Source of the DNA: Escherichia coli O157:H7
Lineage (GTDB): Bacteria; Pseudomonadota; Gammaproteobacteria; Enterobacterales; Enterobacteriaceae
DNA: 64,000 nucleotides
Reading direction: 5' to 3' (one strand)
Assembly (NCBI RefSeq): GCF_013167455.1
Contig: NZ_CP038328.1
Shown here: piece by piece, positions 23,653 to 47,987 of the stretch
How the letters are laid out: every line of letters starts with the position of its first letter
Numbering within the stretch: the first letter of the stretch is position 1
Notes under the pieces: model-generated
Seen by the model: the letters and a program-made list of their open reading frames with translations, nothing else
What the model was told of the DNA's origin: nothing
Databases searched by the model: none
Program-made: the position numbers and the translations under genes

Positions 23653-23892
23653 TTTTCGATCCTTTCATTGTGTTGTCGCACATCCCTGGTGCGTTCTGTC
23701 GACGCATCTTTCAGGATGTAACAAAGTGTTTGCAAGGTCGAGTATAAGGAAAGTTACAGCTTCGGGAAGCGAAAAATGCTGGATTTTAAAGAGAGGTCAT
23801 ATTTTGCAACTTAATGGTTACATTTATTTGACATAAAAATAAAGCCAACGTGCGGCTTCCAGACTGAGGACTACGTCAAAAAAGGACTCGGT

Positions 23893-23998
23893 CAGTCCCC
23901 TCGCCCCGTTTGGGGAGAGGGTTAGGGTGAGGGGAACAGGCCAGCATCGGTGCGAAAAATTACCCTCACCCCGACCCTCTCCCTGGAAGGGAGAGGGA
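23893..23998. repeat. GC-rich multi-hairpin intergenic repeat (boxC-like)
   Basis: Nested inverted repeats CCCCTCGCCCC/GGGGAGAGGG, GGGTGAGGG...CCCTCACCC and CCCTCTCCC-TGGAA-GGGAGAGGG between the sstT promoter and the alx stop. Confidence 0.5.
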
Positions 23999-24050
23999 GA
24001 AAACGGTGCTCATGTTGATGACAGGGTACACGGCTTAGGCAGATTAAAAA

Positions 24051-25016
24051 TCATCCAACCCGCTGCTTATCATGCCGATAATTCACCCAGGCGTTGATAA
24101 TAAACGTCATCACCAGGATGCCAAACACCACGCCCAGCGAGACGGCGATTGGAATATGGTAGAAGTCGACAATCAGCATCTTGATACCGATAAACACCAG
24201 AATCACCGCCAGGCCATATTTGAGCATCGAGAAACGCTCTGCTACGCCCGCCAGCAGGAAATACATCGCACGCAGGCCGAGGATCGCAAACAGGTTTGAG
24301 GTCAGCACAATGAACGGGTCAGTGGTCACGGCGAAGATAGCCGGAATGCTATCCACGGCAAAAATCACGTCGCTCAATTCCACCAGAATCAGTACCAGCA
24401 TCAGCGGTGTGGCGTACAGCAATCCATTCTTACGCACAAAGAAATGCTCGTTGTCGATGGTGTCGGTCATGCGCAAATGACCGCGTAGCCAGCGCACCAG
24501 CGGCTTGTCGCCAATGCCTGATTCATCTTCATGGGCGAGCGCCATCTTCACGCCGGTAAACAGCAGGAAGGCACCGAAGATATACAGGATCCAGTCGAAC
24601 TGCGAAATCAGCCAGCTGCCAGTGAAGATCATGATGGTACGCAGAACAATCGCCCCGAGCACGCCATACACCAGCACGCGGCGTTGTAATGCCGCCGGAA
24701 CGGAGAAATAGCTGAACAACATCAGCCAGACAAAGACGTTATCGACCGCCAGCGACTTCTCAATCAGATAACCCGTGAGGAAGGCCAGCGCCTGTGGATC
24801 GGCAACGGCGCGACCTTCGGTTTGTACCAGATACCACCAGAAAGCAGCGTTAAACAGTAACGACAGCGTCACCCAGACCAGCGACCAGGCCGCAGCCTGT
24901 TTCATGGTCATGGCATGTGCCCCACGACGTCCCTGCAACAACAGGTCGATAGCCAGCATAATGGCGACAACAACAGCGAATCCGCCCCATAGCAACGGCG
25001 TGCCGACAGTATTCAT
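24051..25016 (-). CDS. alx: TerC-family membrane protein Alx
   Basis: 321 aa polytopic membrane protein. Confidence 0.9.
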   Translation of the reverse strand: MNTVGTPLLWGGFAVVVAIMLAIDLLLQGRRGAHAMTMKQAAAWSLVWVTLSLLFNAAFWWYLVQTEGRAVADPQALAFLTGYLIEKSLAVDNVFVWLMLFSYFSVPAALQRRVLVYGVLGAIVLRTIMIFTGSWLISQFDWILYIFGAFLLFTGVKMALAHEDESGIGDKPLVRWLRGHLRMTDTIDNEHFFVRKNGLLYATPLMLVLILVELSDVIFAVDSIPAIFAVTTDPFIVLTSNLFAILGLRAMYFLLAGVAERFSMLKYGLAVILVFIGIKMLIVDFYHIPIAVSLGVVFGILVMTFIINAWVNYRHDKQRVG

Positions 25017-25270
25017 AGAAGTTCCTTACACATAAAAAAAACGGCCAACGTCGGAAGACGTCAGCCGCTGCTTTTTATGCATAGACCTCGCCTTCCGGCA
25101 AGGTCTCACTTACAACAAAAAAGGAATACGTCTGCGTATTCCTTTCGGGTTGCCCGGTGACCGGATGTGGTTTTTCACACATCGTAATGACGATCGACCG
25201 GCAATGAAGTTACTCCCCTTTGCAGGTAACAAAGTATGACAGACCATTCAGTCAGTCAATGGTCTGTTAC
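25017..25270 (-). promoter_or_regulatory. alx 5' leader: yybP-ykoY-type (Mn2+/alkaline-pH responsive) riboswitch-like element
   Basis: Minus-strand leader contains the hallmark AAAGGGGAGUAAC motif plus two hairpin/U-run structures (GAAAGGAAUACG-CAGA-CGUAUUCCUUUUUU and GACGUCUUCCGACGUUGGCCGUUUUUUUU) upstream of the alx ATG. Confidence 0.6.
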
Positions 25271-25299
25271 ATACCTTTTACACTGTTTTACTTTGGCAA

Positions 25300-26286
25300 T
25301 TATAGTTTTACGCTATCTGCCGGAAAAATCACCCCAGTCTGGCGGCGGATCTCGGTCAGCAGTTTGGCTGTGATGCGACTGACCGCCAGCCCTGGATGAT
25401 CCACCAGATGCTCATCCACCAGGGTAGCGAACAGCTCTGCTTCGTAGAGCATGGTATTAATATGCTGCGGCTGGGTGAGATCCTGCATCTGGCTGCCACG
25501 CGGCACGAAGCACACTTTCTGGCATTCAGACAGTTTTTCAATCACCAGCGATCCCGCTTCGCCCTGAATCTCGCTTGCCAGGACAGAATCGCTGACCTTT
25601 GAGTGCTGCAAGGTGACGCTGAAATCACCGTAATCCATCACCACCACGCCGTGGGCATCTACACCACTTGCCAGTAAACTGGCGGTTGCCTGCACGCTTT
25701 TCGGCTCACCAAATAACGCTACCGCCGACGCCAGGCAGTAAAAGCCGATATCCATAATTGAACCGTTAGAGAATGCCGGATTAAAGGTGTTGGGATTCTC
25801 ACCGTCCAGGTAACGTTGATACCGCGAGGAATACTGGCAATAGTTGAAAAAAACTTTCCGCAGTTTGCCGACTTTCGGCAGCGCCTGGCGTAACAGATGA
25901 AAGTTAGGCAGGCTGGCCGTTTTAAATGCCTCAAACAGCACCACCTGATTTTCACGCGCGCAGGCAATGGCTGCATCCACTTCCGCCAGATTCGACGCCA
26001 GTGGTTTCTCACAAATCACATGAATTTTGTGGCTCAGGAAAAGTTGCGTCTGGGAAAAATGCAGGGCGTTCGGGCTGGCAATATACACCGCGTCGATAGC
26101 GTCACTTTCCGCCATTGCTTCCAGCGAAGTAAACAGATGCTCGACAGAAAACTCATTGGCGAAGTGCTGGGCCTGTTCAAGGCTGCGGGAATAAACGGCG
26201 GTTAACTTATATTTACCGCTTTCATGTGCGGCCTCCACGAACTGGTGAGTTATCCAGTTCGTACCAATCACGGCGAAACGTATCAT
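25300..26286 (-). CDS. ygjR: Gfo/Idh/MocA-family NAD(P)-dependent oxidoreductase YgjR
   Basis: ATG at 26286 (MIRFAVIGTNWITHQF... Rossmann N-terminus); 328 aa. Confidence 0.85.
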   Translation of the reverse strand: MIRFAVIGTNWITHQFVEAAHESGKYKLTAVYSRSLEQAQHFANEFSVEHLFTSLEAMAESDAIDAVYIASPNALHFSQTQLFLSHKIHVICEKPLASNLAEVDAAIACARENQVVLFEAFKTASLPNFHLLRQALPKVGKLRKVFFNYCQYSSRYQRYLDGENPNTFNPAFSNGSIMDIGFYCLASAVALFGEPKSVQATASLLASGVDAHGVVVMDYGDFSVTLQHSKVSDSVLASEIQGEAGSLVIEKLSECQKVCFVPRGSQMQDLTQPQHINTMLYEAELFATLVDEHLVDHPGLAVSRITAKLLTEIRRQTGVIFPADSVKL

Positions 26287-26364
26287 AACGCGTGGATACT
26301 CCATAAAGGGATTCTGTCGTCAATGTAGCACGCCTTTTTCATCTTCGACGTGCGCGGATACGCA

Positions 26365-27057
26365 TTATTTCTGCGCCGGACAACCATGCTCACTAAACGG
26401 ACCAATAATGACCGACGGCCCGAGATATTTTGGCTGACGATTGAAGATTTTCGCGTCAATCACCGCGCTGACTCTGGCGAGTTTCTCTCGCAGACGGACA
26501 ATCTTTCCGCGTCCTTTTTCCAGGTCTGGTGCGTTAAACCCGATAGCATCGATGCCGTATTGTTTTGCCAGCCAGATGGCGCGTTGGTTATGAAATTCCT
26601 GCGAGATAATGGTGATATGGTTCTCCCCAAACACTTTATTGGCACGCACCACTGAATCAAGCGTTGAGAATCCGGCATAGTCACAGAAGATCACTTTTGC
26701 CGGTACGCCCTTTGCGATCAAAGCCTGCTGCATGCCTGACGCTTCATCGTAATTTTTACGTCCGTTATCGCCACTGACCAGCAGCCATTTCACTTTTCCG
26801 GCGTGGTACAACTCTGCTGCGGTATCAATACGTCGGGTAAAGTAGCGATTACCCGGCCTGGCCCCCAGCAATAAGCCCACGTTACGCGCCGGAACGACGT
26901 TGACGTCGCTCCAGGTCAGCTGTTTGCTGGCGTTGACCATTACGCGATCGGCGATAAAAATGGTCGCTCCTGCCACAAGTAACAGTAAGCAGGCAATCTT
27001 TAGAGTCCGGCGAGAAAAACAAATACGGAGAAGAAGGCGGGCAAATGCGCGCAGCAT
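26365..27057 (-). CDS. ygjQ: DUF218 (SanA/YdcF-like) protein YgjQ
   Basis: 230 aa with N-terminal TM anchor. Confidence 0.85.
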   Translation of the reverse strand: MLRAFARLLLRICFSRRTLKIACLLLLVAGATIFIADRVMVNASKQLTWSDVNVVPARNVGLLLGARPGNRYFTRRIDTAAELYHAGKVKWLLVSGDNGRKNYDEASGMQQALIAKGVPAKVIFCDYAGFSTLDSVVRANKVFGENHITIISQEFHNQRAIWLAKQYGIDAIGFNAPDLEKGRGKIVRLREKLARVSAVIDAKIFNRQPKYLGPSVIIGPFSEHGCPAQK

Positions 27058-27133
27058 GGTCGTTATCCTTAACGAAAGGGGGGAGGTCGATTTTAGGCGC
27101 TAAAGAAAGAAAAGATAACGCCTGACATCATTT

Positions 27134-27637
27134 TCAGATTTTGTCCTGCCCAAGCGACAACTGGGTTAGCCACAGTCGGGTGTCGAACTCAAGCTGGTGG
27201 TACTGGGGTTCCATATGACAGCACAACTGGTAAAACGCTTTGTTATGCTCTTTCTCCTTCAGGTGCGCCAGCTCGTGCACCACGATCATGCGCAAAAACG
27301 GTTCCGGCGCGTTGCGAAACACGGTAGCGACGCGGATCTCTGCTTTTGCTTTCAGCTTGCCGCCCTGCACACGAGAAACAGCGGTATGTAACCCGAGCGC
27401 GTTTTTTAGCACATGGATCTTATTGTCATACATCACTTTATTGATCGGCGGGGCATTACGCAGAAACTGATTTTTCAGATCCTGAGTATATTGCCAGAGG
27501 GCTTTATCGGTGGCGTAGTCGTGTGTTCCCGGATAGCGTTTTGCCAGCACATCGCCCAGACGCTGTTCGTTAATCAGTGTTCGCACCTGGGAAAGTAGCT
27601 GCTCGGGATAACCCTGAAGATAAGTAAGATTGCTCAT
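27134..27637 (-). CDS. ygjP: HEXXH metal-dependent hydrolase YgjP (DUF45 family)
   Basis: ATG at 27637 ([13 protein letters not shown]...); [11 protein letters not shown] zinc-binding motif; 167 aa. Confidence 0.85.
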
Positions 27638-27721
27638 AACCGCCCACGAAAAAGAGAAAAAGGGTATACTCACGCACCCTTTTCAGGGGCAATGTCGAAA
27701 TTTTATCATTCAGGAGGGCCG

Positions 27722-28858
27722 ATGAGCCACTTAGACAACGGTTTCCGTTCACTGACACTACAACGTTTTCCGGCGACGGATGACGTTAACCCGCTACAGG
27801 CGTGGGAAGCGGCGGATGAATATTTGCTGCAACAGTTGGACGACACAGAAATCCGCGGCCCGGTGTTGATCCTGAATGATGCCTTTGGTGCGTTAAGCTG
27901 CGCGCTGGCGGAACATAAGCCGTACAGCATTGGCGACTCATACATCAGTGAACTGGCGACGCGCGAGAATTTACGCCTCAACGGGATTGATGAGTCGAGC
28001 GTGAAGTTTCTCGACAGCACCGCCGACTACCCGCAACAGCCGGGTGTGGTGCTGATCAAAGTGCCGAAAACACTGGCATTGCTGGAACAGCAACTGCGTG
28101 CGCTGCGCAAAGTGGTCACGCCACAAACACGTATTATTGCCGGTGCCAAAGCCCGTGACATCCACACTTCCACGCTGGAACTATTCGAAAAAGTGCTCGG
28201 CCCGACCACCACCACGCTGGCATGGAAGAAAGCGCGCCTGATTAACTGCACTTTCAATGAACCACCGCTGGCCGATGCGCCGCAGACCGTTAGCTGGAAG
28301 CTGGAAGGTACTGACTGGACTATCCACAACCATGCGAATGTCTTCTCCCGCACCGGGCTGGATATCGGCGCGCGCTTCTTTATGCAACATCTGCCAGAGA
28401 ATCTCGAAGGGGAGATTGTCGATCTCGGTTGCGGTAATGGCGTTATTGGTCTGACGCTGCTTGATAAAAACCCGCAGGCGAAAGTGGTGTTTGTCGATGA
28501 ATCGCCGATGGCGGTTGCTTCCAGCCGTTTGAACGTTGAAACCAACATGCCAGAGGCGTTGGATCGCTGCGAATTTATGATCAACAACGCGCTCTCCGGC
28601 GTGGAGCCTTTCCGCTTTAATGCTGTGCTCTGCAACCCGCCGTTTCATCAGCAACATGCGCTGACCGATAACGTCGCCTGGGAGATGTTCCACCACGCCC
28701 GCCGCTGCCTGAAAATCAACGGCGAGCTGTATATCGTTGCCAACCGTCACCTGGATTACTTCCATAAACTGAAGAAAATTTTCGGCAACTGCACCACCAT
28801 CGCCACGAATAATAAATTTGTGGTGCTGAAAGCAGTGAAGCTGGGGCGTCGTCGGTAA
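27722..28858 (+). CDS. rlmG: 23S rRNA m2G1835 methyltransferase RlmG
   Basis: ATG at 27722 ([16 protein letters not shown]...) with GGAGGG RBS; SAM-binding DLGCGNGV motif; 378 aa. Confidence 0.9.
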
Positions 28859-28873
28859 GATTGACAGCTACCT

Positions 28874-28964
28874 GCCAGATAAGGCGTAAACGCCTTATCT
28901 GGCATACGTTTAGCACATTACCCCCAGGTCGGATAAGATGCGGCAAGCGTCGCATCCGGCAATG
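28874..28964. repeat. REP/BIME palindromic elements
   Basis: GCCAGATAAGGCGTAAACGCCTTATCTGGC perfect palindrome and GGTCGGATAAGATGCGGCAAGCGTCGCATCCGGCAATG REP. Confidence 0.7.
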
Positions 28965-29077
28965 TCTGCCCAGTTCTGGAATCGCGCTCCATAAAACAAA
29001 AAATCCCTGTCACCATCCTCTACATTCTCTTGTTTAGCGTTGTTTAACGTTTATTCTTCCGTCACACAGATAAATTC

Positions 29078-29131
29078 ATCCGTTGCCAATCTGTCAACGG
29101 ATGTTATCATATTGCCAATTTGTCAACGGAC
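29078..29131 (+). promoter_or_regulatory. higBA promoter with two operator-like repeats
   Basis: CCGTTGCCAATCTGTCAACGG (29080-29100) and TTGCCAATTTGTCAACGGA (29112-29130), two near-identical copies 32 bp apart, directly upstream of higB. Confidence 0.5.
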
Positions 29132-29141
29132 GTGATGAAGA

Positions 29142-29456
29142 ATGCACCTGATAACTCAAAAAGCATTGAAAGATGCTGCGGAAAAATACCCGCAACATAA
29201 AACGGAGTTGGTGGCTCTAGGGAACACGATTGCTAAGGGATATTTCAAAAAACCTGAGTCATTAAAAGCAGTATTCCCATCTCTGGATAACTTCAAATAT
29301 CTGGATAAGCATTATGTTTTCAATGTTGGGGGCAATGAATTACGTGTTGTAGCAATGGTCTTTTTTGAATCGCAAAAGTGCTACATACGTGAAGTTATGA
29401 CGCATAAAGAATACGATTTTTTTACCGCTGTTCATCGTACTAAGGGGAAAAAATGA
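29142..29456 (+). CDS. higB: Type II toxin HigB (ribosome-dependent mRNA interferase, RelE superfamily)
   Basis: 104 aa; 4-nt overlap with the downstream antitoxin gene; matches K-12 ygjN/higB position between rlmG and fadH. Confidence 0.85.
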   Translation: MHLITQKALKDAAEKYPQHKTELVALGNTIAKGYFKKPESLKAVFPSLDNFKYLDKHYVFNVGGNELRVVAMVFFESQKCYIREVMTHKEYDFFTAVHRTKGKK

Positions 29457-29869
29457 TTGCGATTGCCGACATCTTGCATGCAGGAGAAAAGCTAACTGCT
29501 GTGGCACCTTTTCTGGCGGGTATTCAGAACGAGGAACAATACATCCAGGCGCTGGAACTGGTAGATCATCTGCTGCTCAACGATCCTGAAAACCCCTTAC
29601 TGGATCTGGTGTGTGCCAAAATAACCGCGTGGGAAGAATCAGCGCCCGAATTTGCGGAATTTAATGCCATGGCTCAAGCCATGCCTGGCGGTATAGCCGT
29701 GATTCGTACCCTTATGGATCAATATGGTTTAACCCTTTCCGATCTGCCGGAAATTGGCAGTAAATCTATGGTGTCACGCGTTTTGAGCGGGAAGAGGAAA
29801 TTAACGCTGGAACACGCTAAAAAATTGGCAACGCGATTCGGCATTTCTCCCGCCTTGTTTATTGATTAA
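29453..29869 (+). CDS. higA: Antitoxin HigA (XRE-family HTH)
   Basis: 138 aa; C-terminal HTH (MVSRVLSGKRKLTLEHAKKLATRFGISPALF). Confidence 0.85.
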   Translation: MIAIADILHAGEKLTAVAPFLAGIQNEEQYIQALELVDHLLLNDPENPLLDLVCAKITAWEESAPEFAEFNAMAQAMPGGIAVIRTLMDQYGLTLSDLPEIGSKSMVSRVLSGKRKLTLEHAKKLATRFGISPALFID

Positions 29870-29875
29870 CGCGAC

Positions 29876-29900
29876 GTGCCGGATGCGTTGCATCCGGCAC
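29876..29900. terminator. Palindromic hairpin between convergent higA and fadH
   Basis: GTGCCGGATGC-GTT-GCATCCGGCAC perfect inverted repeat; no strong U-run. Confidence 0.4.
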
Positions 29901-29913
29901 TTCAATGCACGAT

Positions 29914-31959
<2,046 letters not shown>

Positions 31960-32062
31960 TTATGTGGTCGGATGAGTTCTAATTTAGCCGTCGCCGGAGA
32001 AAAGGGAAAAGGGGAGTGCGGGGTTTGTGATGGGATTCAAAAAGAATACGCCCGGTGGTAAC

Positions 32063-32452
<390 letters not shown>

Positions 32453-32457
32453 GCAAA

Positions 32458-36028
<3,571 letters not shown>

Positions 36029-36029
36029 T

Positions 36030-42782
<6,753 letters not shown>

Positions 42783-42823
42783 AAAGATCGGATGGCGACG
42801 TCGTATTGCCATCCGATTTGATA

Positions 42824-44338
<1,515 letters not shown>

Positions 44339-44544
44339 TTAACATCTGTTGTTATTTTGCACGGTTTTTGTCGGGTATGGATTTGATAATTGCTGCGCAA
44401 ATGCACGCTTTCAGGGCATTAACTGCCTGATTTTTGGGCAAGATAATTAACGTTTTCGTATAGTAACAGAGTGAAAGTATTTTAAATCAACGAATTAGAT
44501 TTGTGCTTTAATCGCAAATTGCGATCTAAATCAAATTAATCGGT

Positions 44545-44571
44545 TAAAGATAACCGCAGCGGGGCCGACAT
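44545..44571 (+). promoter_or_regulatory. Sigma-28 (FliA) class-3 flagellar promoter for aer
   Basis: TAAAGATA-N11-GCCGACAT matches the consensus TAAAGTTT-N11-GCCGATAA, about 50 nt upstream of the aer ATG. Confidence 0.55.
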
Positions 44572-44620
44572 AAACTCTGACAAGAAGTTAACAACCATAT
44601 AACCTGCACAGGACGCGAAC

Positions 44621-46141
44621 ATGTCTTCTCATCCGTATGTCACCCAGCAAAATACCCCGCTGGCGGACGATACCACTCTGATGTCCACTACCGATCTGCA
44701 AAGCTATATCACTCATGCTAATGACACTTTTGTGCAGGTGAGCGGCTTTACCTTGCAAGAGTTACAAGGGCAGCCGCACAACATGGTGCGTCACCCGGAT
44801 ATGCCAAAAGCGGCGTTTGCGGATATGTGGTTCACCCTGAAAAAAGGGGAGCCCTGGAGCGGCATCGTGAAAAATCGCCGCAAAAATGGTGACCATTATT
44901 GGGTGCGGGCCAATGCGGTACCGATGGTGCGCGAGGGAAAAATCAGTGGCTATATGTCGATTCGTACCCGGGCGACGGATGAAGAGATCGCGGCGGTGGA
45001 GCCGCTGTACAAAGCGCTGAACGCCGGACGTACCGGTAAGCGTATTCATAAAGGCCTGGTGGTGCGTAAAGGCTGGCTGGGTAAACTGCCTTCATTACCG
45101 CTTCGCTGGCGGGCGCGTGGAGTGATGACCCTGATGTTTATCTTGCTGGCGGCCATGCTTTGGTTTGTTGCTGCCCCGGTGGTGACGTATATCCTCTGTG
45201 CGTTAGTGGTATTGTTGGCAAGCGCCTGTTTTGAATGGCAGATTGTCCGCCCGATAGAAAATGTCGCCCGTCAGGCACTGAAGGTGGCGACCGGAGAGCG
45301 TAATAGTGTTGAGCATCTGAATCGCAGCGATGAGCTGGGGCTGACATTACGCGCGGTAGGGCAGCTTGGCCTGATGTGCCGTTGGTTAATTAACGATGTC
45401 TCAAGCCAGGTGTCCAGTGTCAGAAACGGCAGTGAGACGCTGGCGAAAGGCACCGATGAACTGAACGAACATACCCAGCAGACAGTTGATAACGTTCAGC
45501 AAACGGTGGCGACCATGAACCAAATGGCGGCGTCGGTGAAACAGAACTCTGCCACGGCGTCGGCTGCCGATAAACTGTCAATCACCGCCAGTAATGCGGC
45601 AGTGCAGGGCGGGGAGGCGATGACCACGGTGATCAAGACAATGGACGATATCGCCGACAGTACCCAGCGCATTGGCACCATTACTTCGCTGATTAACGAT
45701 ATTGCGTTTCAGACCAATATTCTGGCCCTGAATGCGGCGGTGGAAGCGGCGCGTGCCGGCGAACAGGGCAAAGGTTTTGCGGTGGTGGCGGGGGAAGTGC
45801 GTCATTTAGCCAGCCGCAGCGCCAATGCTGCCAACGATATTCGCAAGCTGATTGATGCCAGTGCTGATAAGGTGCAATCCGGTTCGCAGCAGGTACACGC
45901 CGCCGGACGTACGATGGAAGATATTGTGGCACAGGTGAAAAACGTCACCCAGTTGATTGCCCAGATTAGCCATTCAACGCTGGAACAGGCCGATGGTCTT
46001 TCCAGCCTGACCCGTGCAGTGGATGAGCTTAACCTCATCACCCAGAAAAATGCCGAGCTGGTGGAAGAGAGTGCGCAGGTGTCGGCGATGGTGAAACACC
46101 GCGCCAGCCGACTGGAAGACGCGGTGACGGTGCTGCATTAA
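44621..46141 (+). CDS. aer: Aerotaxis receptor Aer (PAS-FAD, HAMP, MCP signalling domain)
   Basis: 506 aa; highly conserved MCP motif [32 protein letters not shown]. Confidence 0.92.
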   Translation: MSSHPYVTQQNTPLADDTTLMSTTDLQSYITHANDTFVQVSGFTLQELQGQPHNMVRHPDMPKAAFADMWFTLKKGEPWSGIVKNRRKNGDHYWVRANAVPMVREGKISGYMSIRTRATDEEIAAVEPLYKALNAGRTGKRIHKGLVVRKGWLGKLPSLPLRWRARGVMTLMFILLAAMLWFVAAPVVTYILCALVVLLASACFEWQIVRPIENVARQALKVATGERNSVEHLNRSDELGLTLRAVGQLGLMCRWLINDVSSQVSSVRNGSETLAKGTDELNEHTQQTVDNVQQTVATMNQMAASVKQNSATASAADKLSITASNAAVQGGEAMTTVIKTMDDIADSTQRIGTITSLINDIAFQTNILALNAAVEAARAGEQGKGFAVVAGEVRHLASRSANAANDIRKLIDASADKVQSGSQQVHAAGRTMEDIVAQVKNVTQLIAQISHSTLEQADGLSSLTRAVDELNLITQKNAELVEESAQVSAMVKHRASRLEDAVTVLH

Positions 46142-46174
46142 TCGGTATGCCGGATCCGGTATTTGATACACGAT

Positions 46175-46266
46175 GCCTGATGCGATGCTGGCGCATCTTA
46201 TCAGGCCTACGGGGTGTGTAGCGGGTGTAGGCCGGATAAGGTGCGTCAAGCGTCGCATCCGGCAAT
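46175..46266. repeat. REP/BIME palindromic elements
   Basis: Two inverted REP units between convergent aer and yqjI. Confidence 0.7.
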
Positions 46267-46294
46267 TGCACCGCGCCACTGGCGGATGCGGCGA

Positions 46295-46918
46295 TTAATC
46301 CAGTTGCGTAATATCAAAAGCGGCGCGGTCGATCACCGCAATGATCTTTTTTATTTGTGCATCAGTGATATCACTCTGGTTGACGCGTAAATTCAGCACC
46401 GCTTTAAAATTATCTAGCGCCCGCTTCATTTGCGGGTTCTGGCGCAGCGCAGCGCCAACGCAACGCGCTTTGATGCGTTCTTCAATCATCTCCACCTGTT
46501 CGCGGTTTTCTTCCAGCCACTGCGCGCCTTGTTCGGTCAGCGCAATCTGCTTCTTACCACCTTCCTCTTCGCGGATGGTAATCAGCGACTGCTCCTGCAG
46601 AAAATCCAGCGTCGGGTAGATGACGCCCGGGCTTGGGGTGTAATTCCCTTGGGTTAGATTCTCAATCGCTTTAATCAATTCGTAACCGTGGCTGTCATCG
46701 CGCGAGAGAATATCCAGAATCACCAGACGCAATTCACCGTGACCAAAGAAACGTTGCCGACGACCGCCGCCGCGACCGTGGCGACCACCGCAACATTGAC
46801 CGTGTTCATGCTGGTGACCGTGTCCGCAGTGCTCGTGTTCTGACTTCTCACCTTTGCAGCAGCCCTCATGGCGTGGCTGGCCTTCATGTTTACAACACCC
46901 TTCGTGATGATGGCTCAT
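46295..46918 (-). CDS. yqjI: PadR-family metal-responsive regulator YqjI
   Basis: 207 aa; His/Cys-rich N-terminus (MSHHHEGCCKHEGQPRHEGCCKGE...HEHCGHGHQHEH). Confidence 0.88.
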   Translation of the reverse strand: MSHHHEGCCKHEGQPRHEGCCKGEKSEHEHCGHGHQHEHGQCCGGRHGRGGGRRQRFFGHGELRLVILDILSRDDSHGYELIKAIENLTQGNYTPSPGVIYPTLDFLQEQSLITIREEEGGKKQIALTEQGAQWLEENREQVEMIEERIKARCVGAALRQNPQMKRALDNFKAVLNLRVNQSDITDAQIKKIIAVIDRAAFDITQLD

Positions 46919-46938
46919 ATCAGCCTCCTTTTGCTTAA

Positions 46939-46952
46939 TTAGATATATCTAA
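46939..46952. promoter_or_regulatory. Perfect 14-bp palindrome TTAGATATATCTAA, candidate YqjI operator (site 1)
   Basis: Palindrome about 20 nt upstream of the yqjI start; a second copy occurs at 47169-47180. Confidence 0.45.
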
Positions 46953-47018
46953 TTTATATCTGATGTGAGCACTCTTGCAAGAATAAAAATGATTTTTAAA
47001 TGTGGACTCATCTCACAC

Positions 47019-47053
47019 GTAGGCCGGATAAGGCGTTCACGCCGCATCCGGCG
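47019..47053. repeat. REP element in the yqjI-yqjH divergent region
   Basis: GTAGGCCGGATAAGGCGTTCACGCCGCATCCGGCG. Confidence 0.7.
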
Positions 47054-47132
47054 TTGAGTAATGATGCCTGAGAAGAGGCGGTTCGTCTTGTCAGACTATA
47101 GACATATCAGTTCTACAAATCGCTTGCATTTA

Positions 47133-47157
47133 TCATGATTAACAATCATTATCATTT
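47133..47157. promoter_or_regulatory. Fur-box-like sequence upstream of yqjH
   Basis: ...AACAATCATTATCATT matches the 3' half of the Fur consensus GATAATGATAATCATTATC. Confidence 0.45.
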
Positions 47158-47168
47158 GCGAAAATTAT

Positions 47169-47180
47169 TTAGATATATCT
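47169..47180. promoter_or_regulatory. Second TTAGATATATCT palindrome, candidate YqjI operator (site 2)
   Basis: Same motif as 46939-46952, 25 nt upstream of the yqjH ATG. Confidence 0.45.
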
Positions 47181-47205
47181 GATTACCATCACGAAGGCGA
47201 TAACA

Positions 47206-47970
47206 ATGAATAACTCCCCCCGCTACCCGCAGCGCGTTCGCAATGATCTGCGCTTCCGTGAATTGACTGTGCTACGCGTTGAGCGTATCAGCGCCGGTTT
47301 TCAGCGCATTGTCCTTGGCGGCGAGGCGCTGGACGGTTTTACATCGCGCGGCTTTGACGATCACAGCAAACTCTTCTTTCCTCAACCTGACGCTCACTTT
47401 GTGCCGCCAACGGTAACGGAAGAGGGCATCGTCTGGCCGGAAGGACCACGCCCACCGTCGCGTGACTATACGCCGCTGTATGACGAACTACGCCATGAAC
47501 TGGCGATCGATTTCTTTATTCACGACGGTGGGGTCGCCAGCGGCTGGGCGATGCAGGCGCAACCGGGCGATAAACTTACGGTGGCAGGTCCGCGCGGTTC
47601 GCTGGTGGTGCCGGAAGATTACGCGTATCAGCTGTATGTCTGCGATGAATCCGGAATGCCCGCATTGCGCCGCCGCCTGGAAACGTTGAGCAAACTTGCC
47701 GTTAAACCGCAAGTTAGTGCGCTGGTTAGCGTGCGGGATAACGCCTGTCAGGATTATCTCGCGCACCTTGATGGTTTTAATATCGAATGGCTGGCACATG
47801 ATGAGCAGGCGGTAGATGCGCGTCTGGCGCAGATGCAAATCCCTGCCGATGATTACTTCATCTGGATAACCGGCGAAGGTAAAGTCGTTAAGAATTTAAG
47901 CCGCCGCTTTGAAGCGGAACAGTATGACCCACAGCGGGTACGTGCAGCGGCCTACTGGCACGCAAAGTAA
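47206..47970 (+). CDS. yqjH: NADPH-dependent ferric-siderophore reductase YqjH (NfeF)
   Basis: 254 aa; FAD-binding (RDYTP) siderophore-interacting protein family. Confidence 0.9.
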   Translation: MNNSPRYPQRVRNDLRFRELTVLRVERISAGFQRIVLGGEALDGFTSRGFDDHSKLFFPQPDAHFVPPTVTEEGIVWPEGPRPPSRDYTPLYDELRHELAIDFFIHDGGVASGWAMQAQPGDKLTVAGPRGSLVVPEDYAYQLYVCDESGMPALRRRLETLSKLAVKPQVSALVSVRDNACQDYLAHLDGFNIEWLAHDEQAVDARLAQMQIPADDYFIWITGEGKVVKNLSRRFEAEQYDPQRVRAAAYWHAK

Positions 47971-47987
47971 CTGATATATAAAAAGAA

